Virus record (IMG/VR): IMGVR_UViG_3300009095_001812
Location: 184,990 to 208,308 of that record
Origin: a virus
Lineage: Duplodnaviria > Heunggongvirae > Uroviricota > Caudoviricetes
Length of the DNA: 23,319 nt
Direction: 5' to 3' (one strand)
Both the position numbers and the translations under genes were made by a program. The notes under the pieces were generated by a model. That model did no database searches. It was given only the letters and a program-made list of their open reading frames with translations, and had not been told where the DNA came from. Of this stretch, positions 1 through 7,551 are shown piece after piece. Each line of letters starts with the position of its first letter. Within the stretch, counting starts at the first letter, position 1.

Positions 1-38
1 GATTCGAACTTATGATGAAAGATCTACTAGCGCGTTGT
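1..38 (-). ncRNA. Y-RNA(YrlA)-like scaffold element, copy 0 (5' part, truncated by window edge)
   Basis: Minus strand ACAACGCGCTAGTAGATCTTTCATC followed by AGTTCGAATC (T-loop); matches the 5' motif of seven other copies. Confidence 0.6.
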
Positions 39-188
39 ACAAAATTCTTTTTCTAATTTGTTTTCCAAAATATGTGTATAAGATTCTAAAAATCTCAATC
101 TAATACCTGATGGTATCACAGAATAATTCCAATGTAATCTCTGAAGGTTTATATAAAATTTCCAACCTAATTCTTTAAATTCAGACAT
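27..188 (-). CDS. Small hypothetical protein (53 aa)
   Basis: Manually translated ORF MSEFKELGWKFYINLQRLHW...; below ORF-track cutoff; no motif. Confidence 0.3.
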   Translation of the reverse strand: MSEFKELGWKFYINLQRLHWNYSVIPSGIRLRFLESYTHILENKLEKEFCTTR

Positions 189-214
189 TATATACATTAA
201 TATACGGGTATTTT

Positions 215-475
215 TTAGACCCTAGGAAAATACTTATATTTGATAATTACGAATATAATTACTGTATTGACAGTGTAATTCAGAATGAGCCATAAATCAG
301 AGAACTGGTACTTCCCCAAGATGTACGCCAACATGGCTATTTCGCCTAGACACCAAAGCCAGATGAAGGAATGGGACATCCCATTGGCATGGCCATCTTG
401 ATACGATTTGTAAGCTTGAGGAACTGCACATAGTGCTAAGAACAAACCTCCAATGAATCCTATAACTTCAATCAA
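215..475 (-). CDS. PQ-loop / SemiSWEET-like membrane protein
   Basis: 86 aa, three hydrophobic helices, PQ motif in ALCAVPQAYKSY. Confidence 0.75.
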   Translation of the reverse strand: MIEVIGFIGGLFLALCAVPQAYKSYQDGHANGMSHSFIWLWCLGEIAMLAYILGKYQFSDLWLILNYTVNTVIIFVIIKYKYFPRV

Positions 476-497
476 TATACTTTCTCTTTTTGCTAAG

Positions 498-599
498 TGG
501 GGTGAGCAGGGTTCGAACCTACACGAACTTTCAAGTTCTTCCGGTTTTATGCCGGTAGCGTCTGCCGGAGTTTTTACACTCTCATTCCGCCATCACCCT
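498..599 (-). tRNA. tRNA-Leu(TAA), atypical (D-loop hairpin insertion, A33, 1:72 mismatch)
   Basis: Anticodon arm ACCGG-CATAAAA-CCGGA, long variable arm, T-arm GTAGG-TTCGAAC-CCTGC, Leu-type D arm GCGGAAT..GGCAGACGC. Confidence 0.65.
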
Positions 600-678
600 A
601 TAGTCTTGACTATTGCACTGCTAATTTTTCTCGACCTAATTATTTATTTAATTATAATATAAGTTATTAGATATTAAA

Positions 679-810
679 AGTAACGAAAAATTAAAGACCT
701 CTATTTTCGTGTGCTGCCATTACACCATCCTGCTATAAATCAGCAGGACCAGGATTCGAACACTGGACTTCGCTCTTATGGGGAGATGAAAGATCTTTGA
801 GCGCGTTACT
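679..810 (-). ncRNA. Y-RNA(YrlA)-like element, copy 1 (permuted tRNA module)
   Basis: AGTAACG/CGTTACT terminal helix; AAAGATC/GGTCTTT second helix; inside T-arm (GTTCGAATC), acceptor hairpin TCCTGCT/AGCAGGA, D-arm GTGTAATGGCAGCAC. Confidence 0.75.
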
Positions 811-839
811 TGAACTTGAAAGAAGCCTTGCGACTTCAG

Positions 840-912
840 CTCCTCCCCCAGGACTTGAACCCGGATCATCTTGTTTAACAGACAAGAGCATTGCCAATTA
901 TGCTAGAGAGGA
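840..912 (-). tRNA. tRNA-Asn(GTT)
   Basis: Cloverleaf; anticodon arm CTTGT-CTGTTAA-ACAAG. Confidence 0.9.
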
Positions 913-925
913 AAATGTACGCATA

Positions 926-1177
926 TTAGAACTCAAATAAAAGTTCATTTCTATCATTGAACCAAACTCCAATTTCAACAATTTTGTCGTAATCAATTAC
1001 ATCCTTAGAGTATGAATACTTAAAGCCTAAATGCTTTATCAATTCAATGTATCCTGGCACCAAAGAATAGAGCTTATCATCAACGATTGCATTGATGTGT
1101 GAAATAGATTTGTCACTATAAAAATGATTAATTATTGTCTCAGCATCTTGTATAAAAGGTACATACTTTGAAATCAT
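926..1177 (-). CDS. Hypothetical protein
   Basis: 83-aa ORF filling the gap between tRNAs. Confidence 0.55.
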   Translation of the reverse strand: MISKYVPFIQDAETIINHFYSDKSISHINAIVDDKLYSLVPGYIELIKHLGFKYSYSKDVIDYDKIVEIGVWFNDRNELLFEF

Positions 1178-1341
1178 AATTCGATCTGCTTCATAAAATG
1201 AAGCAGCAAATTTCTGAGCCTTCTTTTACAAAGAAGGTATGTTTTATTTCGAATGACGTTCAGATTTGGATCCTGAGTAGCTCTATTATCACTTCCAAGG
1301 ATTGTATAGTTTGATTTATGTGCGTAAATATGTACTGTCAT
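1174..1341 (-). CDS. Hypothetical protein (55 aa; start moved to MTVHIY..)
   Basis: Internal ATG just downstream of tRNA-Leu(CAA); ATGA overlap with next ORF. Confidence 0.4.
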   Translation of the reverse strand: MTVHIYAHKSNYTILGSDNRATQDPNLNVIRNKTYLLCKRRLRNLLLHFMKQIEL

Positions 1342-1344
1342 TAG

Positions 1345-1426
1345 TCCCCACAGCAGGAGTCCAACCTGCACGCCCGAAGGCACCAAATTTTGAATCTGGC
1401 ATGTCTGGCAATTCCATCATGTGGGG
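1345..1426 (-). tRNA. tRNA-Leu(CAA)
   Basis: Acceptor CCCCACA/TGTGGGG; anticodon arm CCAGA-TTCAAAA-TTTGG; variable arm. Confidence 0.85.
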
Positions 1427-1538
1427 AAAATCTATCAATAAGTAGACATATGATTATGATCAAAAAAGATGTCTACCAAATAGTCAGTTTATTGACTGTG
1501 TTAAAACTAGCAAAAATACTCACGAAGCACTCGTAAAA

Positions 1539-2126
1539 ATGGGCCTTAATAGCAGAGGTGCAGCTTATAAAACATTCAAGGTTAGGTGTGAAAAACTCGA
1601 ACTCGATTTATCACATTTTGTTAGTGATAAACATCTCAGAAAAACATTATCCAAAACCGAGATTTCTCGATCTATAATTGATAATATATCAAGGCAAATG
1701 TCTTTGAAACAGCTTCAATTAAACCCACATACTGGTGCTAACATAAAGTGGATTGATCGTAAAGCGCGAGAATATTTAATTGATACTTCTCATTGGAAAG
1801 GTCAAGGACACCTAAAGGGTAAAAAACATAACTGGACGCCAGGTATTAGTTTAGATCAAATTCTTGTAAAAAACTCTACTTATCTCTGGACAGCAAACTT
1901 AAAGAAAAAATTACTAAAGGATGGATATTTTGATTATCGTTGTTCTGAATGTGGGATTAGTGAGTGGAACAATAAACCATTATCACTTCAACTAGATCAT
2001 ATAAATGGAGTGAATGATGATAATCGTATTGAGAATCTGAGGCTGTTGTGTCCGAATTGTCATTCTCAAACAACAACGTTTGCAGCTAAAAACAAACGAA
2101 CTGTGTCTGCCATTTTCATCACTTGA
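1539..2126 (+). CDS. HNH homing endonuclease (N-terminus probably frameshifted)
   Basis: CSECGISEWNNKPLSLQLDHINGVNDDNRIENLRLLCPNCHSQT HNH motif; paralog of 8899..9591. Confidence 0.85.
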   Translation: MGLNSRGAAYKTFKVRCEKLELDLSHFVSDKHLRKTLSKTEISRSIIDNISRQMSLKQLQLNPHTGANIKWIDRKAREYLIDTSHWKGQGHLKGKKHNWTPGISLDQILVKNSTYLWTANLKKKLLKDGYFDYRCSECGISEWNNKPLSLQLDHINGVNDDNRIENLRLLCPNCHSQTTTFAAKNKRTVSAIFIT

Positions 2127-2128
2127 GC
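2101..2128 (-). pseudogene. 5' remnant of a Leu-type tRNA
   Basis: GCTCAAG-TG-ATGAAAATGGCAGACACAG closely parallels the 5' third of tRNA-Leu(GAG) GTCCAGG-TG-GTGGAATGGCAGACACAG; no 3' half found. Confidence 0.6.
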
Positions 2129-2133
2129 ATTAA

Positions 2134-2258
2134 TGGTAACGAAAGATTGAAAGACCTAGCCGCTCACCTAGAACCACCTTTGAGCAGTTTTGCCATGAAT
2201 TGAACAGGCAGGTTTTATATACCAATAAAAGATGAAAGATCTTTCTAGCGCGTTACCA
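2134..2258 (-). ncRNA. Y-RNA(YrlA)-like element, copy 2 (degenerate T-arm plus D-like hairpin)
   Basis: TGGTAACG/CGTTACCA; GAAAGATC/GGTCTTTC; interior TGCC-TGTTCAATTCA-TGGCA and GCTCA..TGAGC hairpins. Confidence 0.7.
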
Positions 2259-2261
2259 GAG

Positions 2262-2334
2262 TGGGCCTAGGTGGACTCGAACCACCATTGATCGCGTATC
2301 AGACGATTATCCTAAACCATTAGAAGATAGGCCC
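2262..2334 (-). tRNA. tRNA-Ile(GAT)
   Basis: Anticodon arm ATCGT-CTGATAC-GCGAT; acceptor GGGCCTA/TAGGCCC. Confidence 0.9.
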
Positions 2335-2339
2335 TTTAA

Positions 2340-2585
2340 TTAACTAGACAATATTGCTATATCATTGTTGAGTTCTTTGATTGATTTTTTAAGATCCGCA
2401 TTTTCTTTTTCCAGAATACTCAGACGTTCAATAGCCCACAGAACTGCATATGCGTGGGGTGCTTCTATTACGGTTTGTCCATTTATATGGAGAACCCCAA
2501 ACATCGGATCTATATCAATCTCTCCCAATGCTTTTTGATAGCACTCGGGAGTAAAGTATTCTAGTGAATAAATTGTATCAGACAT
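2340..2585 (-). CDS. Hypothetical protein
   Basis: 81-aa ORF between tRNAs; C-terminal coiled-coil-like stretch. Confidence 0.55.
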   Translation of the reverse strand: MSDTIYSLEYFTPECYQKALGEIDIDPMFGVLHINGQTVIEAPHAYAVLWAIERLSILEKENADLKKSIKELNNDIAILSS

Positions 2586-2616
2586 AGCAGTAAAAACATT
2601 CTCTTTGCGCCCTTAG

Positions 2617-2689
2617 TGACCCCAACCGGATTCGAACCGGTGTCCTCAGATTGAAAGTCTAAGAATCCTTACCGCTAGACGATGGGGCC
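2617..2689 (-). tRNA. tRNA-Glu(TTC)
   Basis: Anticodon arm TTAGA-CTTTCAA-TCTGA; T-arm ACCGG-TTCGAAT-CCGGT. Confidence 0.9.
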
Positions 2690-3135
2690 GTGTTTATTAA
2701 TTGTGTATATTTTTCTAACTGATTTGATGCTTTATGTTTAGAAATCTGTAATTTATGTTTACCAATCTCTACAACATCAATAATACCACGATGAATTTCA
2801 GCATGATGATTTGGACATAATAAAAATGTATTTTCATGGGTATATTTTCCACCGACTTTTCCAGGAACAAACCTATGTATATCTAATGTTTTTCCATATA
2901 AACACCCATCTATCATACAGTGATTGATATTAGAGTCATTTATAATTTTAACCAGCATTCTTGCTTTTCCAGAAGCTTTATCTTTAAGTCTGGATCCGTC
3001 ATAAACTATACCAACTCTTGCTTCATTTGAGCACTTGGTCGAACAATATTTTCTCAATTTGTAAGACTCATAAATGAAATCATTTTTGCAATTTGCACAA
3101 ATGGATTTGATTTTTTTAGAAGAAACAGATTCCAC
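2659..3135 (-). CDS. Zinc-finger HNH endonuclease (true start probably ATG at 3242, disrupted by a TA-tract frameshift)
   Basis: CANC..YCSTKC zinc motif; LDIHRFVPGKVGGKYTHENTFLLCPNHHAEIH HNH-like motif; C-terminus runs into tRNA-Glu. Confidence 0.75.
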   Translation of the reverse strand: MESVSSKKIKSICANCKNDFIYESYKLRKYCSTKCSNEARVGIVYDGSRLKDKASGKARMLVKIINDSNINHCMIDGCLYGKTLDIHRFVPGKVGGKYTHENTFLLCPNHHAEIHRGIIDVVEIGKHKLQISKHKASNQLEKYTQLINTAPSSSGKDS

Positions 3136-3243
3136 TTGACATTTTATTGAACAATATATATATTATTGTACTTTTTCAGTTCACCAGGCCTTCTATAAAC
3201 TGGTTTTTTACAAATAGTACATTCTGTATTTGGGTTTCTCATG

Positions 3244-3326
3244 CGGAGAGCTGAGGAGTCGAACCCCTGACCTTTCAGTCCCCACCGGGTTCAAACCGGT
3301 TTGCCAACCACTTAGCGGAACTCTCC
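3244..3326 (-). tRNA. tRNA-Ser(TGA)
   Basis: Anticodon arm ACCGG-TTTGAAC-CCGGT; long variable arm; G73. Confidence 0.85.
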
Positions 3327-3347
3327 AAATCTGCTTGACCTTCCTTT

Positions 3348-3542
3348 TTACCACCACCATGTATCAAATAAGAGTCTGTCCCCAAAGATTTCATCGTATC
3401 TTTCATGATGGATTAGACGCCTGTCACGTTGTCTAATCTTGTGTCGGTGAAAGAACCGATCAGATCTAGAAGGTTTGCAATACCAGCTTGCAGAACCGTG
3501 GTGATTTTGTTTATATTTTCTTCTGTAGTTTTTGTGAGCCAT
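3348..3542 (-). CDS. Basic hypothetical protein
   Basis: 64 aa, Arg/His-rich, in a run of overlapping minus-strand ORFs. Confidence 0.5.
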   Translation of the reverse strand: MAHKNYRRKYKQNHHGSASWYCKPSRSDRFFHRHKIRQRDRRLIHHERYDEIFGDRLLFDTWWW

Positions 3543-3741
3543 ACGAGTGTAACTCGCAGAACTCTTGAATCCAATTAGTCATGTTTTTCTCTTTCTGTAT
3601 TAACACCCTTTTTAGAGCTTTAGTACCATCTTCCATTGTTATGACTTCGTAATGAACATTATAATCAAAAGGAGGAGAATTTCTTTTAATCTGCTCTCTA
3701 GCTTCATCAATCGAAACATGATATTTGCTCAGATTCTTCAT
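3511..3741 (-). CDS. Hypothetical protein
   Basis: 76-aa ORF. Confidence 0.5.
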   Translation of the reverse strand: MKNLSKYHVSIDEAREQIKRNSPPFDYNVHYEVITMEDGTKALKRVLIQKEKNMTNWIQEFCELHSYGSQKLQKKI

Positions 3742-3895
3742 ATGAACTCACAATGAAATAGTTATTAAGAGTTTTGTTTCCATATAGATCAAAAAGCGCA
3801 TCGGCTAATTCATCATCAGATGATTCTTCAATACCTTTCATAATCAAAGATATTGCATCTTCTCTGGTAATGTCAATAGTTGAATAGATTCCCAT
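3707..3895 (-). CDS. Hypothetical protein
   Basis: 62-aa acidic ORF. Confidence 0.55.
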   Translation of the reverse strand: MGIYSTIDITREDAISLIMKGIEESSDDELADALFDLYGNKTLNNYFIVSSYEESEQISCFD

Positions 3896-3910
3896 AATTT
3901 TTCTTTAGAA

Positions 3911-4047
3911 AAGTAACGAAAAAAGGCGAGAGTACATTTCCGTCGCTCTACCAACTGAGCTACCTGACCATAGATGCGGTCAGGGCAGGACTTGAACCTG
4001 CGACCCACGGATTAACAATCGATGAAATCTCTCTAGGCGCGTTACTT
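3911..4047 (-). ncRNA. Y-RNA(YrlA)-like element, copy 3 (permuted tRNA-Asn-like module)
   Basis: AAGTAACG/CGTTACTT; GAGAG/CTCTC; interior GATTGTTAATCCGT-GGGTC-GCAGGTTCAAGTCCTGC-CCTGACC-loop-GGTCAGG-TA-GCTCAGTTGGTAGAGC-G-ACGGA. Confidence 0.8.
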
Positions 4048-4049
4048 AG

Positions 4050-4121
4050 TGGATCCTTCCGGTTTCGAACCGGCTCTCCTGGGCTTCAACCAGGCGCTTT
4101 CACCAGATTAGCTTAGGATCC
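4050..4121 (-). tRNA. tRNA-Phe(GAA)
   Basis: Anticodon arm CCTGG-TTGAAGC-CCAGG; acceptor GGATCCT/AGGATCC. Confidence 0.8.
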
Positions 4122-4123
4122 AA

Positions 4124-4191
4124 AGTGACGAAAATAACGAAGACCTTTTGTCCAATTTACAGTAAGATGAATGATCTTCTTGCGCGTCACT
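4124..4191 (-). ncRNA. Y-RNA(YrlA)-like element, copy 4 (minimal scaffold, no tRNA module)
   Basis: AGTGACG/CGTCACT (compensatory change versus GTAACG/CGTTAC); GAAGATC/GGTCTTC; ~20-nt interior. Confidence 0.7.
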
Positions 4192-4197
4192 AAAACT

Positions 4198-4860
4198 TTA
4201 TTTAGTATCAGAGGTCCAGTTTGCAGTTTTTGGTTCTGAACTAAAAACCTCATCTGATATATCTTTTGCAATACAAACGTATTCTTTTGAATACTCTTGT
4301 TCAGATGCCTCTATAAACATCTTTCCAATTTTTCGCAATGAATCTTTATTGGTACATACTACGGTTTTGTTTTGTAGATTACCAAACGTGGATTGATTTA
4401 TCTCAATCTGTGGACCGTGACCCCTATCACAAACAGAGAAGGTGATACCAGAGTTAGAAAGGTGAAGATAAGTGCTAAGCTTCTCTGGGAAGTCTGCTAT
4501 CGCGAAATATCTGGAAGGCTCTTTGCCATAGAAAACCTTACTTACAGCAATGATTGTGCCTCGTGGCATGTAAGGATCAACAAAAACTGGAGTATCAATT
4601 CGTTTGCCAGAATCGAAAGCAACTACATTGTTTGTTAATCTCTTTATATCTAGTAAATCCTCATCAAAATCTTTTGGATGTACGATGAAGTTTCCGACTT
4701 CTAAATCCCATCGAGCAATCTGTGCAAACAAATTGACTAGAGCGTTTTTCTTTTCGGTAATTACTGAGTTCTCAGCATCATTCGCTTTGCAAAGTTTGAT
4801 AATATCCTCTGCAAAAAATCCATGATATTTTGGTCTTCCATCTACTTTTTCATCTTCCAT
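4198..4860 (-). CDS. Hypothetical protein (220 aa; start MEDEKVDG)
   Basis: Long ORF; the upstream extension in the ORF track overlaps tRNA-Arg, so start moved. Confidence 0.7.
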   Translation of the reverse strand: MEDEKVDGRPKYHGFFAEDIIKLCKANDAENSVITEKKNALVNLFAQIARWDLEVGNFIVHPKDFDEDLLDIKRLTNNVVAFDSGKRIDTPVFVDPYMPRGTIIAVSKVFYGKEPSRYFAIADFPEKLSTYLHLSNSGITFSVCDRGHGPQIEINQSTFGNLQNKTVVCTNKDSLRKIGKMFIEASEQEYSKEYVCIAKDISDEVFSSEPKTANWTSDTK

Positions 4861-4874
4861 AAATTTCCTATTAG

Positions 4875-4947
4875 CATTCCCGGCAGGACTCGAACCTGCA
4901 ATTGGCAACTTAGAAGGTTGCTGCTTATCCTATTAAGCTTCGGGAAC
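4875..4947 (-). tRNA. tRNA-Arg(TCT)
   Basis: Anticodon arm GCAAC-CTTCTAA-GTTGC. Confidence 0.9.
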
Positions 4948-4952
4948 ATTCA

Positions 4953-5132
4953 TTATAGATACTTTTCCCAGAATATATCTATTGCTTCTTTACGAATACC
5001 TTGCTTAGCAAGTAGGTGAACTTCATGGAGTTTCACAACTCCTTTTTCAACAAAATCAATTATCAAACCAGCCTGTTGCTGAGAATGTTTTTCTATTAAT
5101 TTCTTGTCAACCGGATCTGCCACGCTTTTCAT
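4953..5132 (-). CDS. Small hypothetical protein (59 aa)
   Basis: Manually translated MKSVADPVDKKLIEKHSQQQAGLIIDFVEKG..FWEKYL; fills an otherwise empty gap. Confidence 0.45.
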   Translation of the reverse strand: MKSVADPVDKKLIEKHSQQQAGLIIDFVEKGVVKLHEVHLLAKQGIRKEAIDIFWEKYL

Positions 5133-5412
5133 TTCCTCTTCTCCTCTTTGTCCTGTATCTCCTATTTGGATCTTGTTTAGAGAGCCATTTCATATATTTA
5201 CCAAACTCCTCATGTCCAAGAAGAGCTTCAACAGTATGATATGTAGATTCAAGTTCTTTGTTAGAAAAGAAAGCGTGAATAGAACGATGACAGTCAAGAC
5301 AAATGGGAAGTGTCTTTTTTCCGCCTCTTGATTTGGGAACTAGATGATGGTCGCTAACTTTTTGAACATCTCGACTACAAAGAGGGCAGTTGTGTATAAT
5401 TTCATTTCTCAT
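5107..5412 (-). CDS. Small HNH-family nuclease
   Basis: CPLC..DHHLVPKSRGG..PICLDCHRSIH motif. Confidence 0.75.
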   Translation of the reverse strand: MRNEIIHNCPLCSRDVQKVSDHHLVPKSRGGKKTLPICLDCHRSIHAFFSNKELESTYHTVEALLGHEEFGKYMKWLSKQDPNRRYRTKRRRGNEKRGRSG

Positions 5413-5719
5413 TTTCCCACATATCATTTGCTATCGCTGCTAGTGTATGTCCATGACATAATTTGGGAGAACACCAACAACCAAGAACTTTACCTTTCAA
5501 TTCTTTCTTTATATCCTCAATCATTTGAGGTTGTGAAAGAATCCATTCTCTATGTTTTTGAATTGATTCTTCTCTTGTCTGTACTTTGTATTGGGCAAGA
5601 GTTCCATCTTTTGAAGAGAAGGGATTTCCCCACTTAGACGGACGCCCTATGTAAACATCATATTTCTTTTTGGATCTATGAACTACATAAGGCCAAACTT
5701 CTTTGAAGAGAATTTTCAT
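5402..5719 (-). CDS. DUF4326-like protein (start MKILFK)
   Basis: YDVYIGRPSKWGNPF and LKGKVLGCWCSPKLCHGHTL motifs. Confidence 0.8.
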   Translation of the reverse strand: MKILFKEVWPYVVHRSKKKYDVYIGRPSKWGNPFSSKDGTLAQYKVQTREESIQKHREWILSQPQMIEDIKKELKGKVLGCWCSPKLCHGHTLAAIANDMWENEK

Positions 5720-5722
5720 TCG

Positions 5723-5806
5723 TGTCCAGAGAGGGAGTCGAACCCTCACGACCGTAACGGTCGGCAGCCCCTCAAGCTGCTGTGTCTGCCATTCCACCAC
5801 CTGGAC
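5723..5806 (-). tRNA. tRNA-Leu(GAG)
   Basis: Anticodon arm GCAGC-TTGAGGG-GCTGC; variable arm. Confidence 0.9.
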
Positions 5807-5807
5807 A

Positions 5808-6110
5808 TTATCTTTCGTATATACCAAATTTTACTAACTTGATATTACGTTTTGTTTCTGTATCTATATTCTTCAAAGAACCTTCATCAAGTTCATAAAG
5901 AATATTGACTTTTGTATATTTAACTAAAAGATCAGATGTCAATGTAACTATCAACAAAGCAGCTGAGGCTTGAAGAAACTTCACATTGAGTTCAGAAATT
6001 GAAACTAATCCTAAAAAGATTGTTCCAAAGAGCGCTAGTAAAAATATCATCTTGCTAAAAAAATGTTTAGCAAACATCCAATTTAGAATTATGCGCTCTT
6101 TAATCTTCAT
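5808..6110 (-). CDS. Hypothetical membrane protein (start MKIKER)
   Basis: Two hydrophobic segments; start moved out of tRNA-Gln. Confidence 0.6.
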   Translation of the reverse strand: MKIKERIILNWMFAKHFFSKMIFLLALFGTIFLGLVSISELNVKFLQASAALLIVTLTSDLLVKYTKVNILYELDEGSLKNIDTETKRNIKLVKFGIYER

Positions 6111-6111
6111 G

Positions 6112-6183
6112 TTGGGGTGGCAAGATTCGAACTTGCAACGAACCGGGTCAGAGCCGATCATTCTACCGTTGAATTACACCCCA
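6112..6183 (-). tRNA. tRNA-Gln(CTG)
   Basis: Anticodon arm ATCGG-CTCTGAC-CCGGT; acceptor TGGGGTG/CACCCCA. Confidence 0.9.
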
Positions 6184-7197
6184 ATTGGGTTCTGGATAGA
6201 GACTAACTACACAGTTTCTTCCTGAATCCTTTGCTACATACAGATTTTTATCTGCTCTCTCTACTAGAGAATCTATATCATCAATTTCATAAACTTCCGC
6301 AACGCCAATACTGACTGTTACTTCAAGCTTTCCGTCAATTTTGAGGGATGATATCTTGTTTTTAATTCTGTTGGCAACGGATGTTGCTGCGTCTAGTGTT
6401 GTTCCTGTCCAAACAATAAGGAACTCTTCACCGCCCCATCGACCAACAATATCTTCTTGTCTCAAATTTTCTACTATTGTTTGAACAACTGACTTAATTA
6501 CGCGATCACCCATTGCATGACCATAGTTATCATTGAAAAACTTGAAGTGGTCTATGTCAACTAAACCAACAGAAACGGGAGTTTCATTTCGATGAAACTT
6601 TGAAATCTCAGCCTTCAAAAGCTCCGTGATAACTCTTCTGTTGTAAACAGATGTAAGACCATCGTAAGTTGCATACTTCTCTAATTTGTCTAAAGCCTTC
6701 TTTAAATCATTTTCAGCTTTGACTCTGTCATCTATATCTCTGGTAATACAAATGATTTTTTCAACTCCATTACCATTTTTACGAGATGATGATCTTGTTT
6801 CAACCCACCTATAATTCCCTTTAAAATCACGGATTCTGTATTGAATTGGTTTAGACTCATCTAAAGCATGAGCTGCATGATCCTCTGCAATCATCTCTAA
6901 ATCATCTTGGTGAATCAAACAATAAGCTGATTTACCAACAAGGTATCCTGGTTCGTACCCAAGAATTCTTTTTACCGAAGGTGATGCAAAAAGATAATCT
7001 CCATTTGGAGAGTGAATAGAAATAAAGTCCGCAGAATAGTTTGCTATTAGCGATGATATTGAGTTATCAAAATCAATTCCTAAATTAGAAGAAATTGTCT
7101 GCGACCTTTGAAGACCAAGCTGATCCTCGACTTTGGCAACCTTTTGGTGAAGCAAAGCCAATTCCTTGTACAGCTTGGTCTTGTTTAGCAAACCCAC
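6163..7197 (-). CDS. PAS-domain diguanylate cyclase (GGDEF)
   Basis: PAS/PAC segment; YDGLT; DIDHFKFFNDNYGHAMGD; RQED I-site; RWGGEEF; AKDSGRNCV. Confidence 0.92.
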   Translation of the reverse strand: MGLLNKTKLYKELALLHQKVAKVEDQLGLQRSQTISSNLGIDFDNSISSLIANYSADFISIHSPNGDYLFASPSVKRILGYEPGYLVGKSAYCLIHQDDLEMIAEDHAAHALDESKPIQYRIRDFKGNYRWVETRSSSRKNGNGVEKIICITRDIDDRVKAENDLKKALDKLEKYATYDGLTSVYNRRVITELLKAEISKFHRNETPVSVGLVDIDHFKFFNDNYGHAMGDRVIKSVVQTIVENLRQEDIVGRWGGEEFLIVWTGTTLDAATSVANRIKNKISSLKIDGKLEVTVSIGVAEVYEIDDIDSLVERADKNLYVAKDSGRNCVVSLYPEPNWGVIQR

Positions 7198-7224
7198 TAC
7201 TGTATCTTAAATAATTACCATATG

Positions 7225-7296
7225 CAGGTCGCACAGGACTTGAACCCGTACCAATGGATTTGGAATCCACTATGCTACCAATTACACCAACGACCT
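7225..7296 (-). tRNA. tRNA-Trp(CCA)
   Basis: Anticodon arm GTGGA-TTCCAAA-TCCAT. Confidence 0.9.
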
Positions 7297-7540
7297 ATAG
7301 TAACTGTCTAAATCCTTCTAATGATAAAGTTTTTTCTTGAGATTCTTTGTACGTGTCGCATACACCATTTTTATGAATGCTTAGATACAATTCTTTTTTG
7401 TGTTTAAGATGAAAGTAAGTTTTTATTGTACACTCACCATAATCATTTCCGTTTTTGAATACAGAATATTCACAAAAATAACAGGACTTTTGTACTCTAT
7501 ATCCATTCTCATTAAGAACTTTGAGTTTGTTTATGTCCAT
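7295..7540 (-). CDS. Hypothetical Cys-containing protein
   Basis: 81 aa with CYFC and further Cys/His. Confidence 0.55.
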   Translation of the reverse strand: MDINKLKVLNENGYRVQKSCYFCEYSVFKNGNDYGECTIKTYFHLKHKKELYLSIHKNGVCDTYKESQEKTLSLEGFRQLL

Positions 7541-7551
7541 TTTTTAATTCC

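Noticed and set aside
679-810. Plus-strand reading of the scaffold (CGAAA ... GATGA) as a hammerhead ribozyme or C/D-box RNA
   Set aside because: No CUGANGA core or CUGA D box in the required order; the tRNA-like interiors and all neighbouring tRNAs are on the minus strand
3911-4047. Copy 3 as a genuine permuted tRNA-Asn gene processed into a functional tRNA
   Set aside because: No bulge-helix-bulge junction, no complete anticodon loop could be rebuilt, a normal tRNA-Asn(GTT) is already present, and the same scaffold occurs with no tRNA module (copy 4)
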